Shown piece after piece: positions 27,314 through 34,304 of a stretch of 64,000 nt of DNA (positions are counted from its first letter, which is position 1; every line of letters starts with the position of its first letter). Made by a program: the position numbers and the translations under genes. This stretch comes from a virus, in IMG/VR virus record IMGVR_UViG_3300027896_000024, positions 1-64,000 of that record; one strand, 5' to 3'. A model generated the notes under the pieces. The model was not told where the DNA came from, did no database searches, and saw nothing but the letters and a program-made list of their open reading frames with translations.

Positions 27314-27373
27314 CAGAGGGGACCGGGCCAGCACGGCCGGTCTAATGCGCAGTCCCGGTCCCAAGTCCGGGGC
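27313..27373 (+). ncRNA. Twister ribozyme copy 10 (cut 27343/27344)
   Basis: P1 GACCGG/CCGGTC; P4 GTCCCGG TCCCAAGT CCGGGGC; T2 GC/GU. Confidence 0.85.
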
Positions 27374-27420
27374 GCATTGTTAGTACTAACATTCATTCTC
27401 ACAAAAGGGAGAAAACGAAC

Positions 27421-27609
27421 ATGGCAATCAGTGCTGAAATCAAGGGCAAGAATTTGGTAGTGACGATTCCGGTTAACGATCCGCCTGAGCCTTCCGGTTC
27501 CGGCAAGTCGTTGGTGGTTGCGTCTTCGCACGGCAATCAGGAGACGACCTGCAAGGTGAACGGGAAGAACCTGGTGATCGGCCTGAACGCTTACATCCGC
27601 AACAAGTAG
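27421..27609 (+). CDS. Conserved small protein (SGSGKSLVVASSHGN family)
   Basis: 62 aa; S.SGKS.VVAS..GN...LN.Y pattern. Confidence 0.7.
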   Translation: MAISAEIKGKNLVVTIPVNDPPEPSGSGKSLVVASSHGNQETTCKVNGKNLVIGLNAYIRNK

Positions 27610-27668
27610 GCAGAGGGGGGCGGGCTAGTATAGCCGCCCTAATGCACAAGCCGGTCCCAAGTTCGGCT
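27610..27668 (+). ncRNA. Twister ribozyme copy 11 (cut 27640/27641)
   Basis: P1 GGGCGG..CTA/TAGCCGCCC; P4 AGCCGG TCCCAAGT TCGGCT. Confidence 0.85.
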
Positions 27669-27688
27669 ATTCAAAAAGGAGAGAACCT

Positions 27689-27955
27689 ATGGTACACGTT
27701 CCAAGGCAGTTGACTACGGAAGAGGCTATCATCGAGGCGTACGAGCTTACCTGGGATCAAATAGCCCCAGATATTCTAGGTCGCGATGAGACCGCCAGCG
27801 TCGATCGGGACACCGTCATGGATTGCTGCGCGGATCACGTTCGTATTCACGGCGCTATGTCCAAGGAAGTAGAGGCAGCGTACAAGCTGCTATCCTGGGA
27901 AGAAAAGAAGCGGTTGCTCAGGAAGGCGTTCCCGCACAAGACGTACGGATACTAG
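27689..27955 (+). CDS. Hypothetical early protein
   Basis: AAGGAGAG RBS. Confidence 0.7.
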   Translation: MVHVPRQLTTEEAIIEAYELTWDQIAPDILGRDETASVDRDTVMDCCADHVRIHGAMSKEVEAAYKLLSWEEKKRLLRKAFPHKTYGY

Positions 27956-27965
27956 GGAGGTTTAT

Positions 27966-28166
27966 ATGGCAGAGATCTCCAGATGGGCAAACACTCAAGC
28001 TACCGCAGAGGTTGCTTGTCCCCGTTGTGGTATGCAGGCCGGTGTTGAGTGCAGAACTCCAAAGATGCGTAGGTTATTCACAATTCACACCGAACGAGGG
28101 AATGCCTATTTTGCCAAGATAGGTCGTGACGAATGGCTTCGTAGGTACTCAATATCAAAACACTAG
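27966..28166 (+). CDS. Phage zinc-finger protein
   Basis: CPRCGMQAGVEC...HTER. Confidence 0.7.
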   Translation: MAEISRWANTQATAEVACPRCGMQAGVECRTPKMRRLFTIHTERGNAYFAKIGRDEWLRRYSISKH

Positions 28167-28220
28167 CAGAGGGCGGCCGGCAACGGCCGTAATGCACAGC
28201 TCGGGTCCCAAGTCCTGAGT
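28166..28220 (+). ncRNA. Twister ribozyme copy 12 (cut 28190/28191)
   Basis: P1 CGGCCG-GCAA-CGGCCG; P4 GCTCGGG TCCCAAGT CCTGAGT. Confidence 0.87.
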
Positions 28221-28240
28221 ATAAAAAAGGAGAGAACAAC

Positions 28241-28684
28241 ATGGATACAATCATCGAAGATAAACATTCGTTGGCACATCTTGAACAGGTCGTGCGTAAA
28301 TTGTTCGAGAGGTTGGATGTTTCCGAACTTCGTCGTGGTCCGCATCCGATACCAACAGGGATAGGCGAAATCAAGATTGACGATGAAACGCTGGACGTAT
28401 TCGGCGGCCTGTGGGCGGTTGCGTGCGAGATCACAGTAACCCGAAAGTATTTGGGTGGCCGGGGCCGCAAAGCAAAAGTTCCTGGATTTGTGGTCGGCGT
28501 CGTAGTACATCATCATAATTATCCGCATGAACCGGATGATTACGAACCTGTTGAAACGGGCCAGTTCGAGTCACCTTACAAAGCCGCAGAGGCTCTGGCA
28601 TTGTTGTATTACCAAGACCGTATCAATAGTGCGATGGAGGACATCAGCATGGCAGAGGTTGCGGAGCAGTTCCACGAAGATTAG
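28241..28684 (+). CDS. Hypothetical early protein
   Basis: AAGGAGAG RBS, 147 aa. Confidence 0.7.
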   Translation: MDTIIEDKHSLAHLEQVVRKLFERLDVSELRRGPHPIPTGIGEIKIDDETLDVFGGLWAVACEITVTRKYLGGRGRKAKVPGFVVGVVVHHHNYPHEPDDYEPVETGQFESPYKAAEALALLYYQDRINSAMEDISMAEVAEQFHED

Positions 28685-28734
28685 CAGAGGGGGGCCGCAA
28701 GGCCCTAATGCACGAGCTGGTCCCAAGTCCAGCT
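28684..28734 (+). ncRNA. Twister ribozyme copy 13 (cut 28706/28707)
   Basis: P1 GGGCC-GCAA-GGCCC; P4 AGCTGG TCCCAAGT CCAGCT. Confidence 0.87.
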
Positions 28735-28763
28735 AGGCAGATCACAAAAAGGAGAGAACAACG

Positions 28764-29300
28764 ATGGCTGATAAAGAGGTAGAGGCGACATATACCGAGG
28801 AGCCGTCTAAGTATCCTGTATTCGTGCAGGAGCTTATGGATCGCTTCAAGGCCGTTGAGCGCAAGCTAACGGAAAACAAGTATCAAATGGACGCAGAGTT
28901 AAAGCGTACCCAGGAGCGCCTGGAGGCCAGTTATACCAAGCAGCGGGATTTGGACGGGCAGAAGTTAATCGTTCATTTCCTGGAAGTGTTGGATAATCTG
29001 GATTGGGCATTATCACATGCTACTGAATCGGCCGACAGCTTTCATTCGGGTGTACGTCTAGTGGCGGATCTGTTTCGGAAGAAACTCCAGCAACTAGGCG
29101 TAGTACTCGTACCGTTGAAGGACAAGCCTTACGATCCGGAATTCGCGCAAGCTATCTTTGCACAAGAGGTAGATAAGCCCGAGTTACACGGCATCGTGCT
29201 TCAAGAACACGTCACTTGCTACGCGATTGATGCGACTATCATCCGTCCTGGTCAAGTGGTCGTAGGCAAGAAGCGGGAGGTGTCTAATGGTAGCGGTTAA
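28764..29300 (+). CDS. grpE: GrpE-like nucleotide exchange factor
   Basis: N-terminal coiled coil, LEVLDNLDWAL, GVRLV, YDPEFAQAI, Y...IIRPGQVVV. Confidence 0.8.
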   Translation: MADKEVEATYTEEPSKYPVFVQELMDRFKAVERKLTENKYQMDAELKRTQERLEASYTKQRDLDGQKLIVHFLEVLDNLDWALSHATESADSFHSGVRLVADLFRKKLQQLGVVLVPLKDKPYDPEFAQAIFAQEVDKPELHGIVLQEHVTCYAIDATIIRPGQVVVGKKREVSNGSG

Positions 29301-29538
29301 GTGCTGTAAGTGTTTTCGGAATACCAACAAGTTCCGGTGTTGTTCCTGCGGTCACAGTATTTGTACTTCATGTAAAGAGCAGACTCGAAAATTACCGGTT
29401 CGCAAGTTGGTGAGTGACGAGGACTTGTTATTCCTGTTGGAAGTATTTGAACGGTCTGGCCAGTCATTATCCTATCGGGCCAAGGTGTACCGAGTAGAGG
29501 CTATGCATCGCGGTCTTATCAAGAAGGAGGCCAAGTGA
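29287..29538 (+). CDS. Cys-rich zinc-finger protein
   Basis: CCKC...CCSCGHSICTSC. Confidence 0.6.
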   Translation: MVAVKCCKCFRNTNKFRCCSCGHSICTSCKEQTRKLPVRKLVSDEDLLFLLEVFERSGQSLSYRAKVYRVEAMHRGLIKKEAK

Positions 29539-29738
29539 AAAGGAAGAGGTTGATGGTCGTTGTACAACCGGTAACAAATCTCCCGGGCTTGTATACCTGG
29601 TCAATACAACGGGCTGGCCGGGTGATTGCGATATACCCGGAGACGTACAAAACAAAGGACTCGGCTATTCGTTATGCTGAGCCCTTTGCTCAGGAAATCG
29701 GAGCAACATTCGCTACCGAAAAGGAGGTACAGGGTTAG
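29535..29738 (+). CDS. Small protein, YegP/DUF1508-like pattern
   Basis: YTWSI...GRVIA..PETYKTKDSAIR. Confidence 0.5.
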   Translation: MKRKRLMVVVQPVTNLPGLYTWSIQRAGRVIAIYPETYKTKDSAIRYAEPFAQEIGATFATEKEVQG

Positions 29739-29796
29739 CAGAGGGGACCGGTCTGAGGGCCGGTCTAATGCGCATGGTCGGTCCCAAGTCCGACCA
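29738..29796 (+). ncRNA. Twister ribozyme copy 14 (cut 29766/29767)
   Basis: P1 GACCGGTC-TGAG-GGCCGGTC; P4 TGGTCGG TCCCAAGT CCGACCA. Confidence 0.87.
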
Positions 29797-29808
29797 AGGG
29801 AGGCACCT

Positions 29809-30477
29809 ATGAGGCGTATTTCTCGTGAGGGGTGGCGCCGGCGTAAGATCGCTGAGTACTACCAACGGCGGGACGATGAACGAATACAAAAAAGGGAGGA
29901 CAACATGATTACACCAGAATATGTTGAATGGGAAAAGGCTCAGGAGCGGGCAGCTTTTGAGTCTAAGATGCGCAGGGACGAGGCTTTGGAAAAGCAGTCC
30001 CAAGTGCAGCAGAGGAAGACAATGGCGGATACGAGCAATCAGGATTCAGCCGTGCCGGCACAGCTCAAGGACTTGATGTTGATATTCGCTGGTAATGCAT
30101 ATTTCACAATTCGAAACAACACAACAGGCAATCGCTTCACGTTTCGCGTATCGGTTTCAAAACCGAATCCACAATTTCCGAACCCGGTTCACTTCGTTAG
30201 TGTACTCTGCGGGCCGGATAACCGTACGAACTATGCGTATATCGGGTTCGTCAGCAAAGCACTTCAATATCGGCACGCAGTCAAGTCAATCATCACGGAA
30301 CAAGCGGTATCTGTTCAAGCTTTCAAATGGTTACTGGCTAGGGTAGCTACTAAGCAGCCCTTGCCTCCCGAAGTGCAGATCTGGCACGAGGGTCGGTGTT
30401 GCCGATGTGGCCGAATGCTAACAGTTCCTGAGTCCATTGAGCACGGCCTAGGGCCGGAATGCTACGGGAGGATATGA
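29809..30477 (+). CDS. DUF6011-like protein (alternative start 29905)
   Basis: C-terminal GRCCRCGRMLTVPESIEHGLGPEC. Confidence 0.75.
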   Translation: MRRISREGWRRRKIAEYYQRRDDERIQKREDNMITPEYVEWEKAQERAAFESKMRRDEALEKQSQVQQRKTMADTSNQDSAVPAQLKDLMLIFAGNAYFTIRNNTTGNRFTFRVSVSKPNPQFPNPVHFVSVLCGPDNRTNYAYIGFVSKALQYRHAVKSIITEQAVSVQAFKWLLARVATKQPLPPEVQIWHEGRCCRCGRMLTVPESIEHGLGPECYGRI

Positions 30478-30707
30478 TGCGAGTTACTCAGATGGAACGC
30501 GCTGCGATTCTCCAGATGTTTGTACTCCCGGATGGTGTATCGTATCTCGGGGAGCAACCGGATCCGGCTGGCGGGTCGATATCACTTTATCACGATGTAG
30601 TCACAGGGTCGTCATTCATGGTTCACGAAGGCGAAAACATCGAGCAGGCGGTAAACAGAATCCGAGAATCATTTTTCCCGGAGGAATTCAAGGTTTGGGA
30701 AGCATAG
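30474..30707 (+). CDS. Hypothetical protein
   Basis: GGAGG RBS; ATGA overlap; TAG overlaps ribozyme 15. Confidence 0.6.
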   Translation: MMRVTQMERAAILQMFVLPDGVSYLGEQPDPAGGSISLYHDVVTGSSFMVHEGENIEQAVNRIRESFFPEEFKVWEA

Positions 30708-30803
30708 CAGAGGGGGTGGTTGCCTTTACAAAAGTAGGCATTAAATGGTAGGGCCTGATCCTATCAGCCACCTAATGCGGCAGTCCTGGTCCCAAGTCCC
30801 AGG
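30707..30803 (+). ncRNA. Twister ribozyme copy 15, with branched P1 extension (cut 30773/30774)
   Basis: P1 GGTGGT/GCCACC enclosing two hairpins; P4 CCTGG TCCCAAGTC CCAGG; T2 GGC/GUC. Confidence 0.8.
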
Positions 30804-30828
30804 CGCAGAAAATGGTTGTTGTCTCCTA

Positions 30829-30879
30829 GGCGGGCAACGGGTCTGGTGCGTTGCCAGATCCGACCCGCCCTTTTATTTT
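30829..30879 (+). terminator. Intrinsic terminator closing the ribozyme-punctuated unit
   Basis: GGCGGG..CGGGTCTGG/CCAGATCCG..CCCGCC stem then TTTTATTTT. Confidence 0.8.
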
Positions 30880-30890
30880 AGGAGTTCGCT

Positions 30891-31019
30891 ATGGAAGAAC
30901 CGCTTGAGGATATAGACTTAGAGTGTCCTGTTTGCGGGTGGATATCCTGCGATCACTTATCAACGGATATTGTCATATGTCCAGACGATCGAGTTCAGTT
31001 AGTGCCAGTAAAAGAGTAG
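30891..31019 (+). CDS. 42-aa zinc-ribbon peptide (absent from the ORF track)
   Basis: AGGAG RBS; MEEPLEDIDLECPVCG...CPDD. Confidence 0.5.
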   Translation: MEEPLEDIDLECPVCGWISCDHLSTDIVICPDDRVQLVPVKE

Positions 31020-31099
31020 TTGATTGCCCTCAGCTTGGCGTCCGTGTAGCTGGGAATTCGTGTGTTTACGCGGTTCCTGGCCGAAAGGAGGCATCCTAG

Positions 31100-32686
31100 A
31101 TGGTGTTAGCTTATGCTCCTGGGCTTAGTGTGTACATAGTGTTCTGTACGATCAAGGAAAAGAGTATTCCTGCTCGTGCGGGATTTGTATACAACAAGCT
31201 AGTTCGTAGGCGGTGGGCTACTAAAGATCCGAATGTGGCAAATATCCTTTGGAAGTATGCTGTGCCTGCTTGTAAGGTTCAAATAGGCAAGGATCTTGTT
31301 GCGTCAAAAGTAATCCAGAAAAAATCAAAGGCAGTTAGTTCTGTTACGGAATATCCCTGTCCAGAAGGTATTGATTATCTCCCGTTTCAAAAGGCCGGAA
31401 TAGACTTCATGCTGGAGCGAGATAGTGTATTCTGTGCGGATGATATGGGTGTGGGCAAGACGATAGAGGCATTGGGTGTACTCAATACGGATACGTCGTT
31501 AATATCTATTTTGGTAGTGACAAAGGCAGTACTCAAGATAAACTGGTTAAGGGAGATACAAAAGTGGCGGGCTCGTAAAATGTCGGTGGGTATTGTCTGG
31601 CCAAATCATACGGAATTACCGAAGACAAATATCGTCGTAATTAACTATGACTTGTTAGATAGATTTCACTTGTCCGGATTACGTAATAGAAAATGGGACT
31701 GTATCATCCTGGACGAAGGGCACTATCTAAAGAACCCGAAAAAGAAACGCACTCGTGCTGTATTTGGATATAATGACAGGAAGCGTCACTTCGTTTGTCT
31801 ACCGTTAGAAGCTAGGCGTAAAATGGTGTTAACTGGAACGCCTATGGAGAACCGGCCAAAAGAATTATTTTCATTGCTTCATTGGTTAGATCCCATAGCT
31901 TGGCCCAGCTGGTTTAGATATGCGCAAAGATACTGCGATCCCAAGTTCAATGGCTTCGGAACCACGTATAAAGGGGCGTCAAATGTAGCGGAATTGAGGG
32001 CACGCCTTCGGGGTACACTTATGATACGGCGGGAGTTTACCGAGGTGTTTCCTGAGCTGCCGCCGGTTAGATACCAGATAATCGAAATACCCGTACAGAG
32101 TTCTACAATAAAAAAGCTTGTAACCCGTGAGCTGTATGATTACAATCAATTTTTACAAAAGGGAGTTTCGCGCAAGGTTGCTTTTGCAGAGATGTCGGCG
32201 TTAAGGCACCAGTTAGCCGTCTATAAGCGACCGTTAATCCAGTCATATCTCGAAGGCCTTCGTGAGGAGTCCCCAAGTAGAAAACTGATAGTGTTCGGGC
32301 ATCATCACGATGTACTTGATGGCCTGCATTTATCATTTCCTGATTCAGTTTTAGTCAGGGGTGGACAAGATGCTACCGATCGTCAGAGATCAGTAGACAA
32401 GTTTCAAAACGATATACGGTGCAACATGTTTCTTGGGTCGATTGCAGCTGCGGGGGAGGGCTTGAATTTGTACGCATCCAGTTTAGTTATATTCGGGGAA
32501 TTCGATTGGCGTCCTGGTAAGATACTTCAAGCTATCGGGCGCGCTTTGAGACTGGGACAAAAGGATCGCGTTCTGATTCAATATCTCGTACTGGCAGGTT
32601 CACTTGATTTCAAGCTCATTACAACGTTCGTGAACAAGCACATAGTAAATAAGGAGATTCTCGGTGACAAAAGGGAGATCATTTGA
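31100..32686 (+). CDS. SNF2-family (HARP/SMARCAL1-like) helicase
   Basis: ADDMGVGKT, ILDEGH, LTGTP, GEGLNL, QAIGRALRLGQ. Confidence 0.9.
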   Translation: MVLAYAPGLSVYIVFCTIKEKSIPARAGFVYNKLVRRRWATKDPNVANILWKYAVPACKVQIGKDLVASKVIQKKSKAVSSVTEYPCPEGIDYLPFQKAGIDFMLERDSVFCADDMGVGKTIEALGVLNTDTSLISILVVTKAVLKINWLREIQKWRARKMSVGIVWPNHTELPKTNIVVINYDLLDRFHLSGLRNRKWDCIILDEGHYLKNPKKKRTRAVFGYNDRKRHFVCLPLEARRKMVLTGTPMENRPKELFSLLHWLDPIAWPSWFRYAQRYCDPKFNGFGTTYKGASNVAELRARLRGTLMIRREFTEVFPELPPVRYQIIEIPVQSSTIKKLVTRELYDYNQFLQKGVSRKVAFAEMSALRHQLAVYKRPLIQSYLEGLREESPSRKLIVFGHHHDVLDGLHLSFPDSVLVRGGQDATDRQRSVDKFQNDIRCNMFLGSIAAAGEGLNLYASSLVIFGEFDWRPGKILQAIGRALRLGQKDRVLIQYLVLAGSLDFKLITTFVNKHIVNKEILGDKREII

Positions 32687-33149
32687 TTTGAGCCTGTATA
32701 CTGAGTCCTTGGCACGGAGGGCTTTTTTCAAGAACCTAGATAACAGTTTAGCATTGGAGGACTATAAGCAGATAGCGGCAATGTCAGTACTTAGGGCACG
32801 CAGGAGATTCAGGAAGGCAAAGAAAACCAAGTTCGAAACTTTTGCTATTCATTGTGTCAAGAACAGTCTTGTCACTATGACCCGCCGGCAAAAACCATCT
32901 GGATACGAATTAATGGAGGAAATAGCCACAGACCCCAAGGACGATTTTGTTTTTCGTGTGCAATCATTTATTACTAGTTGTCAGTCGTTGTCGGAGGCAG
33001 CCCAACAAGTCGCCAATGGTTTATTGGGTATTTGGACATTACCAACAGTTTCGTTGACTAGCTTTCGGCGATCACTTCGAATGTCAAAGTTAGACTTCAA
33101 TCGAGCCTGCAAGGAATTACGGACAAGATTTCATGGGGAGGTAGTATAA
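32664..33149 (+). CDS. Phage sigma-factor-like protein
   Basis: EDYKQIA...LRARRRF...TKFETFAIHCVKN resembles sigma70 region 2. Confidence 0.65.
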   Translation: MTKGRSFDLSLYTESLARRAFFKNLDNSLALEDYKQIAAMSVLRARRRFRKAKKTKFETFAIHCVKNSLVTMTRRQKPSGYELMEEIATDPKDDFVFRVQSFITSCQSLSEAAQQVANGLLGIWTLPTVSLTSFRRSLRMSKLDFNRACKELRTRFHGEVV

Positions 33150-33155
33150 CAAGAC

Positions 33156-33614
33156 ATGCAACTGAAAAAGAAGTTCAGGTTTGAGGCGAGTCATATACTA
33201 TCAAAGCACCCGGGCAAGTGTTCTCGGTTACACGGCCATAGCTGGGTGTTACACGTGATGGTGGAAGGCCCTGTAAATCCAGATACCGGGTTTGTCATGG
33301 ACTATGGGGATATTTCCAAGGCAGTGAAGCCTATCGTTGAGGATCTGGATCATAGGCATTTGGGAGTCTGGGATGTGTTCGCGGAGGACAGTAATATAGG
33401 TACTGCGCGTTGCCGGGCACTCCCGCTTGAGTTCTATTCTACGTCAGAGAATTTACTGATGAGGATTGCAGAACTGCTTATGATCTCATTGCCTCAGTGG
33501 TCAGCACTCAGCCTGGAAGAAACGTGTACGTCGGAGGCATTGCTACTTCGGTGTGAATATGACCAGTTCGTAATGGATCAGAAAGAGAGGAGCGATGCAG
33601 CTGCTCGTAAATGA
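33156..33614 (+). CDS. queD: 6-carboxy-5,6,7,8-tetrahydropterin synthase
   Basis: FEASH, CSRLHGHSW, DLDHRHL, TSENL, EET. Confidence 0.93.
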   Translation: MQLKKKFRFEASHILSKHPGKCSRLHGHSWVLHVMVEGPVNPDTGFVMDYGDISKAVKPIVEDLDHRHLGVWDVFAEDSNIGTARCRALPLEFYSTSENLLMRIAELLMISLPQWSALSLEETCTSEALLLRCEYDQFVMDQKERSDAAARK

Positions 33615-34302
33615 GATATTCAGGTCAGTACAAGGGGAAGGCCTACTAATGGGCCAGCCTTCCGTATTTCTCAGGTTGTCGTTGTGTAATGTCAATTGTC
33701 CGATGTGCGATACGGATTATCACCAAGGAGTCAAGGTGAGTCTTTCCGATATTGTAAAGGCTATTACCGGTCCGTATGCACGCGGCGGAATTCGTCATTT
33801 GGTGATTACAGGTGGCGAGCCGTACATACATCCGGCATTGTCGGAGTTTCTGGCTACGATGCGGGAGCTACATCGCGATTGGCACATCACAATCGAAACG
33901 TCAGGTTCTATAGTTCCGGGCACTGTTCTGAATTTGGACTTGTTATCACTATCCCCGAAGTTTATGTCGCTAAAGCCGGCAGAAAATTCTCACATGGGAT
34001 TGAATATTCTGAAGGAGTCATTCCTGCGTATCCTGGAACTGCCTCGTAAAGAGAATAGCTGCCAGGTTAAGCTAGTTTGGACAGGAGATCCTGTGGATGT
34101 TCCAGACTGGTTACCTGATATGATATCGGACTTAGCACAGAACAGTATTCCGGTATTCTTTCAGCCTATGACAGATGGCAGAGAGTTCGAATTAAATTCT
34201 TACTTAAAACTGTTTGCCAAAGTCACGGCAGCCGTTCAAAATACGTTCGGTGCATATCCTCGGACGTTACCGCAGTTGCACAAGTTCTGTAACTGGAGGT
34301 AG
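33595..34302 (+). CDS. queE: 7-carboxy-7-deazaguanine synthase (radical SAM)
   Basis: EIFRSVQGEG, CNVNCPMCDT, ITGGEP, IETSG, LSPK, PQLHK. Confidence 0.93.
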   Translation: MQLLVNEIFRSVQGEGLLMGQPSVFLRLSLCNVNCPMCDTDYHQGVKVSLSDIVKAITGPYARGGIRHLVITGGEPYIHPALSEFLATMRELHRDWHITIETSGSIVPGTVLNLDLLSLSPKFMSLKPAENSHMGLNILKESFLRILELPRKENSCQVKLVWTGDPVDVPDWLPDMISDLAQNSIPVFFQPMTDGREFELNSYLKLFAKVTAAVQNTFGAYPRTLPQLHKFCNWR

Positions 34303-34304
34303 TA

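Noticed and set aside
21419-30803. Reading the 15 repeats as a CRISPR array, attC sites, promoters or terminators
   Set aside because: The spacers are whole genes of variable length, no cas or integrase gene is seen, there are no U-tracts or -10/-35 boxes, and the covariation fits the twister fold
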